Positions 48,673 through 61,384 of a stretch of DNA of 64,000 nt are shown here, piece after piece. Under the pieces are notes generated by a model that was given only the letters and a program-made list of their open reading frames with translations, did no database searches and was not told the origin of the DNA. The stretch covers positions 62,001-126,000 of the forward strand of contig CDRNST010000339.1 of NCBI GenBank assembly GCA_977016875.1, read 5' to 3'. Numbering within the stretch: position 1 is the first letter of the stretch; every line of letters begins with the position of its first letter. The position numbers were made by a program, and so were the translations under genes. The stretch comes from Pavona decussata. Taxonomy: Eukaryota.

Positions 48673-50465
48673 ACTTGACTGGATCATTTTCCCCAGGGAT
48701 GACCCTTTGTCAAAAACAAGAATATATAAATATAAATAACAATTTCTCTCATCGAATGAGGACACGTGGAATGCAGTTTACCTACCAATATCGATTATCT
48801 TTTGTCAACTAGAATCTCATTGCGGTTAAAATGTATTTTAGCTATTTCCCTTATTTCGTTTTAGCGACTAAGAGCAAAGCAAATTCAGAAGCGAAGTTCC
48901 CGAGTTAGTAACACGAGTAACACAAATAATGACAAGTATGTATCATTGAAACAGCTGAACACAGAAAATCATAAGACGTCTATTGGAGCTTGTCAATAAC
49001 AGGGCCATAAACTCAAATTATTGGACAGTTTAGCCATTGTGGGTCATTTGCACAATGCCGTTCATAGTTCAAGACATTTTGACATAGAGTGATATGGAAC
49101 GTGCCAGGAGGTGAAAATCAGCATTGTATATGTTACGTTTATTACTATCGGCTAAACCGACAGCGTAATTGGCCAAAAAGTATTGCAGGATCAGATCATT
49201 GCTCTGTAGCTTTCATTGTAACTACTTTCTTAAAGCATGAAAAGCATAATAAAAATTGATTCTGACTTGAAGATCATCATATTTAGCACTACTGGAAGTT
49301 ACTGTTCGTTGGCTATATTCCACATTGTAGGCTTCTGTCCACAAATCCCAACCTTTTAAACTAAATGAAATGGTCGATAGTTGCAACTCGTCATGGTTGA
49401 AGAATTGAAGTACACCACTGATATACTTTTTTTTTTTTTTACTATATTAACAATCAGAGTCTCATCTGTACACAAGAATTGTATTTTCACAATGTTCTTT
49501 TGTGTTTTTTGTTATTTTTTTTTTTTCAAGCATGAATTTTGACCACTTTGACTTATGACCCCTTTTCCTGGTTAAAACGTTCCTGAATTTTCTGTTATGA
49601 CCGGAATCAGTTCAACTGTTAACTCATTGAAAGTGGTTCTTAACTGGATTATAATGTACGTGTCTGCATAATAAAGGGAAAATGTTCTTCCAGAAAAAAA
49701 GCATGATAACAAAAGACGTTACAACCCACAAGAGTCTGAATAGTAATTACGATTTCCCGGTGGAGATACACTGCTCCAAGATTTCGATGAAGGTCCGCCA
49801 TTAATTTGTAGTCATGTACATTTATCAGTTGTGTCGCTTTCAAAAATATGGTTTTATTCGTTGGAACTTTTTTTCACAAAATATGGTATGCAAACTGAAT
49901 TTTCTCCAAATTTCCTCATGTTCATGTATGCTTGCAAACTGTCTAGGGAATATTACTTCAAAATAGCCTCCATTTGAATTGAAGGATCGTGTCTTCTACC
50001 GGATTTCTGTCTAGTTCATTCAATTATTCGCACTGATATTAAATTATTCTTAGTCTTAATTAACAGTAACAAGTAGTCGATAGACTTTTAAAATATGTGA
50101 AAGGGTTACGTAAAATTAACATGTTTTAAAACATATATGTATTCCACTGACACAAAATGTGGGAAAAAATACTCTATTATCACCGTAGAATTGGAATATT
50201 TCCTGTTAGCAGAGTTCACCAGATCTGTGACTTTGTTTTTGGAAGAAATGAATAGTCTGCAAAATTGACTTCAGTTCAGTTTTCTTTGAGTCATCTTTTT
50301 AGGTTGTCGGTCGGACGGGATCTTGGCCATTCATTGTTTCTCTTAAGGCGGATGTCTCTTTCAAAAACTGTATGTAAACTACAACCGTCTATCCTACTAT
50401 TTGCTGACGTCCGATTTCACCTCTCTGGTTCCTCCGCAATTCAGCTACTATAGCTACAAATGAGG

Positions 50466-50486
50466 TAGCCTGTGTACCACAGGCTA
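50466..50486. mobile_element. 21-bp TAG...CTA mini-element with 9-bp target-site duplication
   Basis: tagcctgtg-tac-cacaggcta, flanked by caaatgagg (50457-50465) and caaatgaga (50487-50495). Confidence 0.65.
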
Positions 50487-50764
50487 CAAATGAGAAAAAC
50501 GGGTTTGCTTTGTTTTATTTCCTTCAAGAAATGGGCTAGTGTCATTTCATTTGGGAAACATGTTCTAGCAATAGGGTAACCTTGACTTTATTCGAGTGGA
50601 TATACAGGAGTCATGTTTAATACGCGGGAGCAAAATCTTCTGGCAAAACTACTGAACAAATTTCACTGGGTAAACACAGATCTAGATCTGAAGGGCAACA
50701 GAGATCCAACGACCAGTACTCCAGACTACCCTATAAAGTAACTGTTTTTCCTTTGTTATCTGCT

Positions 50765-50916
50765 ATAGTGTCGGACGGAATAGAAAGAGAGATTAACCCC
50801 TTCCCCTCAAATTAAATGATGAATTCGCACTCAAAGCAAAAAAGTGCGATCTTCCCAGCATTGAAATGAAGGGGTGTTTTTTTTTTCATTTCATTTCGGT
50901 TGTCCAAGATATTAGC
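50765..50916. mobile_element. Degenerate palindromic MITE
   Basis: tcggacggaatagaaa...acccct vs aggggtg...tttcatttcggttgtccaaga form imperfect inverted arms. Confidence 0.4.
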
Positions 50917-51897
50917 TTCTTTTCGTGGAGGTCACGCAAAGTTGACCTGACTAGTTTGGCATGTAGCAATAGCATGACATCACGTGGACGCGAGTTCTTG
51001 ATAAATTAAATTTTTTAATACCCGTCGTCATTTGAGTGATTTTTTTTTCTATTTTCATAGTCGAATACTTGTTTGCGTTTTGGTTTTATAGTGGCAGGTC
51101 TATAAACATAAAGTTCTTAAGGAGACAAACTATTTCGACCTCAACTGAATTAAAGAGACGTGTTTTCAGTCGTTAGATCTTGGGTCCCTGTTATCAGATA
51201 TATTCGTGTTTGAAAAATGAGTTCATGTCCAGCGCATGTCCAGCGCAAGATTCCGTTGTTGCGTTTTACTTGGGAGGGATTATCACGATTTCCGAGTGTC
51301 ATCCTGAACCTTCAAGTGCTAATAAATGAAGCTGCCTCTCATTTGACAGAGTATTCTTATCTGAAGCCTTATTTTGTCAGAACTTTTCAATCCGGTGTTA
51401 ACATATGAACATATGCCTGACCCTTCGCGTTCATTCAATGGGGGAAAGAAAACAACATCAGTTCCAGAGGAATGCGAGTGAGGCGCTATTGAACAGAAAA
51501 ATATTAATTAAGATAGAGATCTAAAATATCCGTTTCCTTCGTCAGTAATCTGCTGTGATTCATGAGTTGGTTGTTTCTAAATCACGAATTTCACCTTCAA
51601 AAATTTCTCGTATGTAAATCGTAGCTTTGCTCGTAGACGATTGAGTTTTGTTTCTAAGCCAAATTGGTCGCCGTTAATCCTTTCTTCTTCCATACACAAG
51701 AATAGGCTTTGGCACGTGCCGTATTTTCTGAATTCTTTACGTGCGGGCAGACATTCGGGCTTAAAATACGAACCAATCGAAACGAGTGAAGACAGACATG
51801 TTTGAAATGATTTTTCCCGTCTTATCCAGCCCCATGCCAAAATGATAAGACACAAATTCGTTCCAGCTTATTATTATCCGCCAGCCGAAATCACGAA

Positions 51898-52035
51898 CTA
51901 GTTGTTGTGCTGAAGAGACGTTGTCCCTTTCCGAATCTGTTTGTCTCTTGGAGTTTGTACGTTTGACTGTTACAATAATCGTAGAGACGGGTTGGATGAA
52001 TCTTCTTACATGTTAAGGGAACATTCCGGCTAACG
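51898..52035 (+). other. Candidate non-coding first exon (5' UTR) of the thrombospondin-like gene
   Basis: The ATG exon at 59193 begins at a splice acceptor, so an upstream exon is required. A strong donor ACG|GTAAGT lies at 52036. The start position is a guess. Confidence 0.3.
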
Positions 52036-53192
52036 GTAAGTCGCAATACTGAATGTGACGCCGTGTTTTAAGTGATTGCCACGCGATTTTTCAGAGGTTG
52101 ATTGGATTTCGTTTGAATTCGGCTCTTTACTGATCCGCGTACGGTTGAACCAAGGTTTAATCGATCAAGCTTGAATCACTGCATAATACCGGCTCTTTGC
52201 ATTGCGTCATCAGATGCCGATCTGAAATTTTGTCCACCGATCGATGCATGAAATCCTAAAATGCGGGGGCCATTTCTACTAAATATATCGAACAGTTCTT
52301 TTGTATGGTATTGTTTAATAAGGTATAAATGTTGTTCAGTCTATTAGTAGGTATCCTGTGGTGCTCTTTTTTATGCTGTACAAGTTGGTTCTACCTTTCA
52401 ACCTGTGGATGAAATCCTGTAGTGTGGCCGTTCACATTTTAAAAAGTTCAGTATCGACTCGTGTTTTCTTGAGGTGCTTTTTTCCCCAAGCGGAAGTACT
52501 AAGTAGTCTGGCAAAGTTGTAGTAGATGTTCCCAATAGGTGAGAAATTGTGTTCTTAAAATAGAAAAATATATAGAAAAGGCGTGCTATTCCTTACCAGC
52601 ACACGAAGCGTATAAGAATGCTGTAGTGCGTTTATATGTGGATCACAGTTCTTGGTGATGCAATTAAAAATAAGTTATGCCTTGCTTCTTCAATGCTGGG
52701 ATGCTTGTCGTGTACTTTTAATCTTAGTTTACAGTAAGGCTCCAGAATGATTGTTAATCCAGATATTGCCTAAACGTCAAGTCTTGAATTTTAAGAGTAA
52801 CACTTAGAATAACAGAACTTCGTCTCAGAAGAGTTTGCATAACCCTGTCCCAGCTGTTTATCTTCAAAACAAAGAATGCGCTTAATGGTCGTAAATGTTC
52901 TTAGTGAAATTTGGCCGGAAACGTTCTTTCGACCTCTCATTTTTTCATTGCTCTTGTACTGACGATTAGATCCCGCATTGCCTTTCGTCAAAAATCAGTG
53001 CTTTATTAAGAGAAATTTCTTAATGCTATCATCGCTTTTTCAGGTACAAAGGCGAGAGGGGAGTGCAGTTATGTTTCTGTTACAGCATCATCTTTACATC
53101 TTGACCTCTAGGTTATTTCTTCGGGTTACAAGCAAAACGCAAGAGCCCTTCAGTCTAGATTCTTTAAATCAATTTAAGCATATTTTTAGAAG

Positions 53193-53434
53193 AATATCAA
53201 AAGATGATGTCATTATTGCATAGCCACCCCTCTATCCAGCGGTAAAAAATGACAATAACATTCCAACCTCAGTTTTCTTGTTTATCTAGCTGAATATTTC
53301 TGTGTCAACTCAAATTGTAAAGCAAACAAAAATTTGTCGATAATGTCCATGAGATAGCTGGTGTCTTCGATAACCCCCTACCCCAGCCGACAAGGTGGGT
53401 CCTCTTCGAACAAACTTGTTTTGACCAATTCCCT
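53193..53434 (-). repeat. Left copy of a ~250-bp inverted repeat pair
   Basis: Reverse complement aligns by eye with 58801-59060 (e.g. gctggatagaggggtggctatgcaataa, ttgacacagaaatattcagct, aacaagtttgttcgaagagga). Confidence 0.9.
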
Positions 53435-54037
53435 TTCCTTAATGGCATTGTTAACAAACTATTTCACTGAAATTCCCTCCCCCAAAATCTTTCTATGTCT
53501 TTTTCCCACACCTCCTCATTCTGTCGGTTCCATCCCCGACAAAGGGCGCCAATTTCAGGTCAAACACAGCGAGTGCGAGCGACAGAAAGCCTCAAGAAAC
53601 ACCCACCTTCTAGTTTTCGCTTTGTCGGGAAAAAAAGAAAACAACAACAGTTATTTTGGCGGCAAAATTCGGTCAGGATGCTATTACTATCATCTCAACT
53701 GACGGTTCTCGAGTTTGTGTTCAGTTGAGAGTGCCTTGCTATGATTTGATCGAAATAACCGTTTATGTTAGTAAAACATGTAAACATCCATATACGTGAG
53801 TCCACAGAAAAGTAAATCATGTGATATCCTTGTTTGTTTTACTTGTGTACATGTTATGAAAAAAAAAATCTTGACGAGGTCTCTATTAAATTACCGGTAG
53901 TACGGGACAAAGAAAAAACAGTCTCACATGCTTTTGACATGCTGAATAAACAGTTTTCTTTATGACCGGCCTTAAAATTACTATCTTTCTTCCTTCATTT
54001 CGTTAACTTGGGTTTTTCTATTATCAGAGTACTTTAA

Positions 54038-54387
54038 GGACGGTGCCTACTAATACCGAAGTATTTTTGTGCGGTTTATGACAATGCGGAAAAAGTAGAT
54101 CTTAGCAAGGGCTATTGGAATCCAAAAAGAAAATTGGGGGTAACCACGCATTTTTCAGAGATAATTAAGCAATAATATCTCTAAAATGCGCCAAAATATA
54201 AAGCAATGTATGGGATTTTTACCTCAATTGACGCTTAATTATCTCTGAAAAATGCATGGTTACCCCCAATTTCCTTTTGAGATACCAAAAACATTTGCTA
54301 AGTTCTGCTTTCTCCGTATAGTTTTAAACTGCGCAAAAATATTCCTGTATTAGTAGGCACCACCCATAGGAATCCCGAGTATCTCGC

Positions 54388-54430
<43 letters not shown>
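54038..54430. mobile_element. Non-autonomous TIR element with TTAA TSD (Kolobok- or piggyBac-like)
   Basis: TTAA|ggacggtgcctacta ... tagtaggcaccgtcc|TTAA. Internal ~40-bp inverted repeat (54131-54170 / 54233-54271). GG...CC termini favour Kolobok. Confidence 0.9.
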
Positions 54431-54435
<5 letters not shown>

Positions 54436-55144
54436 AGCACATGATTCAGTCGAAAGAAAGCTACTATGTAGTACGTTCCTATTCAGTTTATTTCGGTTCA
54501 AAAATGCCCGTTAGTGTGTTTGTTATTGAGATTGCGGCACCATGGAAATCATGTACTTTGTTTCTCCCGATATATACTGATTTTCTTCCTGAAGATACAG
54601 CAGGCGTGTTGCTTACATTGTAAAACTATTTTCTTTAAAGTCTCGAGACCCTTATGATGGCTAATCTCATTAAGTATTCGCCAATGTCCCTCTAAACATT
54701 CTATAAACCTCTTAAACGTTTTTTGAGTTTGCGCGGTCTCCTCACATTTTGCATGGGGGTACAGGTATGTCTGAGTAAAGAAGTTGGTGGTTGAATAAAT
54801 TTGTTGATTCAAAAATTTGTGGTCATCCCAGGGTGAGATTTTTTTTGTAGAACGTTTCGGAATTCAGGTTCCTTTTAAAGCTGTCCGAGTTGCCTCACGC
54901 ACATCTTACATACCGGGAATGGTAATGCCAGACTGTCGCACCAAAGCCGAGACCAAATGTTGAGAGGAGTTGAAAGGGTCTCATAGGGAATGACAATGTT
55001 TGAATGTACTTTGGCGTGAGAAAGATTTCGAGATCTCAAACTCTTGTCCATGGATAGCTCAACGAAAAATTTGAACCTATTGTAACTTGCGGAGTGCGCG
55101 CGAGATGGGCGAGTCAAACCTGCCAGCGACCGTATGCTTGTGTG

Positions 55145-55227
55145 CGTTCTCGACCCTAGAGCTCTTGCCATGGCATATGACTTTCGAACATGCGCAGTCG
55201 ATCCAGAAGGCTATGGGGTCGAGAATG
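55145..55227. mobile_element. 83-bp MITE with degenerate 9-bp TSD
   Basis: cgttctcgaccctagagc ... gctatggggtcgagaatg; flanks gcttgtgtg / acttgagtg match 7/9. Confidence 0.7.
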
Positions 55228-58200
55228 ACTTGAGTGTGGTTCTAGCAGGTTACGGATGACAAGTGAGAGAGAGCCGTTGGAACTAAGTAGTTACTCTGTT
55301 TGATTCTTTAAATTTTCAGACGAGCAAACGTTAAGCTTACCCTTCACTCTACGTACAGGACAAAATTCTTAAGTGCAAGAACTGTGCTAATATTTTAAGG
55401 TATTTAGTTTGAGCCTAATGCCAAAAGTCACTGAGGTGGTCTATAATTTTTCGCCAAGTGTTTTAGTAGCTTAGCTCATGAAGCTTACGGGATAAAACTT
55501 CGCGCCGAATTTGCGATTAGCGTCATTTCTTCTTGGGGAGCAAATACGGTAAAAACGGTAATAGTCTAAAAAGAACACACTCAAATTGTCCGGCTTTGAA
55601 AAATAATTCATGGCAACAAACGTGCTTGTACTTTGGTCAGTGTCTGCATAAAATCTGAAGGCCAGTCGTGTACATGCTCGGCTGCTCGCCCACCCGACTT
55701 TCTGTGGAGAAAAGTGAAGATTCTCCTTTGTCTATCTGAAACCACAATCTTACTTTGCCAAGTAGAGCTTCTTTTGTTTGCTGAGGTCTAAAAGGGGTTG
55801 CAGTTATCTTCTCTAGACGTTTTAAAAGCTGCTTGTACATCTCGTCTCAAGTGTACTTGAATCAAATGGGTAAGTATTTGATAATCAGTATACACAGCTC
55901 TTAAATCTCCTATTAGGGAAAAGCGCAGACAAAAGTTAGAGTTCCCACTGACAGATGTGAGTAGAATTGTTGTTATAATGAAGCCGGTACACAAGCGTAC
56001 GCCAATGCTTCTTTGCTTTTTGTGCAACAGTTTATTGTAACAACGCATTGTAATGTCACTAGCTATAGCTTTGCATCTAAACCACTGTTTGTCTGGTCCT
56101 AATCGTTATCACTATTCTTGCTTTAAATCAGAGTAAAGCTTACTTTTGTCTTGTGGGGGAGTTCAAGACAATTGATCACTTTAAGGAAAACATTTGACAG
56201 AAATTTATTTCCTCCACGAAGCTGCAAGTAATTTTACAAAACATCTGTTTGCTACATCCATCTGGACGATGTGCGGTACGATCGGCACCTTTTTATTGCC
56301 AACACGTCAGCCCTTTCGAAGGACTGTAAAAGTGGTAGATTTATAGTGTCGCGAAAAGGTAGATGGGAATATACTTTCCCAGCCTTAATTGATCGATGCC
56401 CTAATCGGCCTATTATGTTAATAGTTTCTTAATCTTAAAACTGTCTTAATTCTAATGAACAATTGCAATAACACGTTTACTCTTGTAACACTTGTAAGCT
56501 TCTAGTCATATGTCATCTGTCTCCAATTTTCTCAGTATCAAAATGAAACAGTACGTTCATTTGAATGAAAGCTGTTGAGTTAGTGGATTGCAGTTCGTTT
56601 TAGACCTTCTCCCAAGTTCAAATGTGAGAAAATTCCAACAAAGTAATTATTCAGCAGTCTTGGAGATTACGGCTGAAGTCTTGGGGATTACGGTTACGCC
56701 CAAAGTTGCACATCATAGTTCACTGGCGTCCGGTGTAATTCCAGCCCAGAAAACTGGCTAAAAATGTAAGAAATCAGCCTAAGAAACACACAAAATACAA
56801 GTAATACACTTGAACACCTATGAAAGCGGCGAACAGACCTAGGCCACAGAATCGATTCCCATCTTAGACCATAAGTGCCTTCGACGTGACTTGAAGCAGG
56901 TGATAATTTTCACTTTCAAAATTACACTCGGCAGAATTTGAAAATTTGCATGCAATTTTCGACCTGTTCAATGGGATGATCGATGATTAGTACCCAAGAA
57001 AGAGACCCTTTGTCTTTTATTAATATATTTTTAGTTTTGTTTACATAAATTTTCTTGGTTCCCTGGGGGAAATCAGTGCTTTTCAATTGTGCTCGCCTGT
57101 TGTTCAGATCGAAATAAAAAGAAATTTATCTTTCAAAAGGCTTAAAGTAATTAAAAGAGCAGAAATTCCAGTGTGTTGTTGTAATAATGTCGTGGCATTG
57201 GTATGCCCTTAAGTTTCCATTCGTAAATTCTGTCCCAGGGGCGATAGGAGTCCTCCATAGTAAGTGCAGAGCAAATAGAAGATAAAAAAGCAAGATCGGT
57301 GGACACAAAGTTGCAGGTTTGTAATTACTCTGTCAGGCTAAACACTCAGTACAGATTACCAACATTATGCACAGTGACGTATTGCAGCCATCCGACCATG
57401 AACCGTATACGAGGTAGTTATTTGAAGTTTACTTCACTAAAGCCTTCAGCATAACGAAAAGGAACCCTACATTTGAGATAGATTATTGAACTTCAAATAT
57501 TAATTAACCCTTTAATTCGTGTGATTAAGCACAGTTTCAGTTCCGCAGCTTGAATTCAATGTACAACGGCGAAGCTTGTGTTTTCTTTGAAAGGTTACTT
57601 AACCCTAACACATCTTAACATTGACCTCAATACTCGTTGACTAGCGGCAGTGAATTCAAGCCTACATTCTGTAACCTTGTAGGAAACAATTAAAAATGGT
57701 TAAGACAAGGGATCATTTACAAGGGTTTACCACTATAAATGCGCTCAGTCGAGCTGTAACATGGATTAATTGTCTCTTTAATTCGGTTAACAGTCACGAA
57801 GTTTAGGCCTCCGATCCTGGAATCGCTGTTGACCGAAAATTGTTGATCGCCAAACTAAGCTGGCCAAATGCAGGCGTTCCCTACTGTTCTTTGTTTGTAC
57901 CACTCAGCTAATATGTTTTGTGCAATGCATCAGGGTATTACAGTAGTAGCAATTGTTGGCTGCAGTAAATTTAGAAGTTTAGGAAATGTTTTTGTCTAGA
58001 GTTAAGGACCGACGGATTAAGGAGTTTTCAGATTGAGCAGTCATTTTATAACTGCAAGTTTACAAAGACTTAACGGTCATCTTGTGATCAAGGATTAGGT
58101 TTGTAAGTTGTTAAGTTAGATTTCATATAGAGTTAGGGAAACTGTGTGGCTGTAAATTTTAGCTGTCTTGAACCCAATTCAAATTCAACTTGATCTCGAA

Positions 58201-58800
58201 TCGAACTCGTGAACTCTTTGAGCACAGTCAGTAACTGATCGGTAATTTTTGTGGCCACTCAATTTTTCTTGCGCAATGGATCATAAACTCCTATTATAAG
58301 TTTCTATATGTCTACTTCAGCCGCTTCATTCATTCAATTTCATTTTTATTTGTTTGGAAAGCCAAAGATCTCAGAGCAAGTACGTACTACAGCAATGCTC
58401 AAAGATTCAATATTGCTTTCATTTTGCTGTTATAATCCTAGTATTGTCCTGACAGCAATTTTCTGCTATCCGATTAGGCCACCTTGGGTTTATTACTTCC
58501 AGGCTTTCATTGTCATTGCGGCAATCTTTCACGTGTAGTACACATGTTTTACTTTTGTTTAAATATTAATAATATCACTAGATATCTCTGTAGGTTGACA
58601 AGTTTGCTTTGTGTTCCGTCTTAGTCAAACGCTGAATGGAGTCAAAGACTTCCAGACTTGCGATTAATGGTTCTAACTTTCAAAGCAGTAATGCTTTATC
58701 GTAGAAGGGGTTTTAACTTTTGAGTTCGGGAATCAGTGAAATTTCTTAGTCACATGATGTGACAATCCAGCTAAAAGTTGCGCAGTACTGTTTTCAGGTT

Positions 58801-59060
58801 AGGGAACTGGTTACGGAACAAGTTTGTTCGAAGAGGATCCACCTTGTCTGGAGTAGGGGATTATCGAAGGGACCACCTATCTCATGAACATTACCGACAA
58901 AATTTTCTTGGCTTTAAAATTTGACTTGACACAGAAATATTCAGCTTGTAAGAGTCAGCATTGCTGGATAAACAAGAAAAGTGAGGTTTGAATCTCACTG
59001 TCATTTTTTATTGCTGGATAGAGGGGTGGCTATGCAATAAAGACACCATCTTTTGAAATT
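58801..59060 (+). repeat. Right copy of the ~250-bp inverted repeat pair
   Basis: Same alignment; carries an extra ~19 bp near 58947-58965. Confidence 0.9.
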
Positions 59061-59197
59061 GAGGGAAGGGAGGGTGCAGGTATAGACCACCATCTATTTT
59101 TGTGGTTTGGTGTCTCCTGTTCGAATATAGCAGTTTCGACAACTTTCCTTAAAAATTAAAAGAAATTAATTGTCTTATTTCTTTTCTTGCAGCAAAA

Positions 59198-59264
59198 ATG
59201 AACAGACAAACAATTCTTTTGATTGTGATCTCCGTGCTGTGTTGCAGAACAACATCTGCCTTAG
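59198..59264 (+). CDS. Thrombospondin-like gene, signal-peptide exon
   Basis: Acceptor tcttttcttgcAG at 59192, ATG in AAAAATG context, MNRQTILLIVISVLCCRTTSAL (basic n-region, hydrophobic core), donor AG|GTAAGA phase 1. Confidence 0.85.
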
Positions 59265-59939
59265 GTAAGAGTATACCTCCTTGGTTATGGTTAATTTGGC
59301 TTACGTGAGGTGCGAGGGAGAGAAACCGGGGGTGTATTTGTAAACAGTAACGTACTGTTCATAAACAATACTGACTTTATAGGATACATATTAACTTATG
59401 TTCAGAACCAATACTTACATGTAGGATATGATATTAACTTAAGAGGGCTTCTGGAATCTCGCGTCCTACAGGGTGTAATGTGGACTGAGTTTGTTGTTGG
59501 TTTTTGTCCTAATAAAACAATCGCTTGAAGGTTGCCTCCCGGATCATTTACATGCTCCTTAATTCATCTGCCAATCGGGAAGGCTAATTTCGAAGGATTT
59601 CAACCCTCCCCCCTTCCCCCTCCAAAAAAAAAATGGCCAATAGAAACACAGTAAAACTGCTGTGATCTATACTTTCCCTGGTCTGTTCACACTAATTTAT
59701 GGCAAAGGATTTCTTTGTGTCAGTGTGGGCACAATCATCTGGTATAGGTAAGGTTGTCTCGCACATTGCACACATTGCTGGTCATGATAGTATGGATAGA
59801 ACTGCTTGCCGTATAACGGATTCAGTAGATGTCAACGCATCGACGCAGGCATTGTAGCCCACACGTTTGTTTTCTTGTGCTTTCATTTCTGCTTGAGTCG
59901 ATTTTTTACAGGATTCCTTTGATCTCGTTTCCTCTCCAG

Positions 59940-60532
59940 AAATTGACCTCTTGTCCCCCATTACTGAGTCCCCAATGAACTTCAATGTGCGAAAGGTTTT
60001 AACGCCCTCAAATCAGTGGGGATATCTGTTTGGCCGGGCGATTAAACTCATCAAAGCAAAGGAAGAGCTTCTTCAAGACACCATTGTCAACATTGAGTCA
60101 AACAAGGAATTTATCGTCTTTGCTTCTATCAAGATTATGTCTTCATTAGCCGGAGCTATGTTTTCCATCTCGCACAGTCGGAGGAAGTTACTACTATTCG
60201 ATTTGTCCACCAAAGGAGTGGGCGACAGAACCAAACTTATTTTAAGATACAGATCAACAAACGACACAATGGAGGCCGTTGTGTTCAAGGATGTTGCTGC
60301 ACTGGGTGACAGGAAATATCACGTCATAATTCTTCAGATTTCGGATGTAATAGACGGCAATGGAAAGAAGATTTCATCTGTGACGCTCTATGTGGATTGT
60401 AAGCCTTTTGGCAAAGTTGAAACCGTTTCACCTATTTCGTCAATTTTCTCCTACCAAGGGACTTTGTTGTCTAGACTGGATTTCAGAATAGGACAGCGAG
60501 GATTAGGAAGTAAAGTTCACACCAAGTGGATG
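59940..60532 (+). CDS. Thrombospondin-like gene, TSPN/laminin-G-like domain exon
   Basis: Acceptor tttcctctccAG at 59939 (phase 1, giving EIDLL...), donor ATG|GTTAGT at 60533 (phase 0). Motifs EFIVFASIK, GAMFSI, LRYRS, LGDRKYHVIIL, VTLYVDC and RIGQR are typical of the TSPN domain of thrombospondins, NELL and collagens. Confidence 0.9.
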
Positions 60533-60993
60533 GTTAGTACTCAAAATTTTAGCGTACGGGTATCAAAGCGTCGAGTTGATGGGGTGGGGGGGGGGGGGGA
60601 GGTGGTGGTGGGGACATTCATGGCACGACGGCGAGAACAGTGCAATCATCAAAGCGCTGTCCATTAACCAGCTTGTTTCGGATTTGAATCCCTTGGTTCT
60701 TTAAATTCATCACGCATGATGAAACTGAATGACTCAGTTGTCATTTGAAATCAAAGTAGCAGCTATATACATCTATTTCAATTAACGTTGTCGCAAAACC
60801 TAGTGACCTGATAGCATGGCGATGTGGATAATTTGTTGAGAACTTTACCAAAATTTACTCAGACTCACCTCTACAGAAAATTAATCACAGACGCGAATGT
60901 TAATGGTATTTTATCCCCTCCTATGACGCAAAACCCCATAAAATTATAACCAAAATATAACGCTTGTAGCATAAGCTCGAGGCCAAACCCTTG

Positions 60994-61110
60994 TAGTCTA
61001 CGAGAAGTCCGTTATTTTTTTCGAACCATCCAACTTCGAGCGTGCCGTGCACATGCGTGGTTCGCTCGCTTTACTATCCCCTAGAAAAATAAGGGACAGC
61101 TCGTTGTCTA
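60994..61110. mobile_element. TAG...CTA-terminal MITE in a thrombospondin intron
   Basis: tagtctacgagaagtccgttattttt / aaaaataagggacagctcgttgtcta are imperfect TIRs. Confidence 0.7.
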
Positions 61111-61243
61111 GGGGTCTTAAAATGCGACATCGTCAATTGAAAAGTTAACTTTGCAGTAGTGACCTGTAGTCGTGCAAACGTTCGCCTCCCTGAAGAGCAA
61201 CACTTAAAATGCTAGTTTGTTTACTGAATTGATTTTTTTGCAG

Positions 61244-61331
61244 GGCGTCATAGAGAAAATGCAGCTAATCTTCAAACGTCCCTTAAGAGAGATTCTAGAC
61301 GGAACAGAATGTGTGCCGACAGTCGGAGGAG
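61244..61331 (+). CDS. Thrombospondin-like gene, exon completing the TSPN domain (later exons not identified in this window)
   Basis: Acceptor tttttttgcAG, donor GAG|GTAATC. GVIEKMQLIFKRPLREILDGTEC resembles thrombospondin FxGxLQNVxLVF...EDIL...C, which favours thrombospondin over collagen or NELL. Confidence 0.85.
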
Positions 61332-61384
61332 GTAATCACGTCTGACCACTTCTGCTTGGCCCATTGCTAAGCTGACGCCTGTTT

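Noticed and set aside
51458-51693. 53-aa tail-anchored peptide (MEEER...KFLK + ISILINIFLFNSASLAFLWN) via a 74-nt intron
   Set aside because: Weak polypyrimidine tract; the hydrophobic tail is explained by T-rich DNA.
60533-60667. C-terminal extension of the 238-aa ORF (VSTQNF...GGGGEV...)
   Set aside because: Read-through into the intron after the GTTAGT donor; includes a poly-G run and a SINE remnant.
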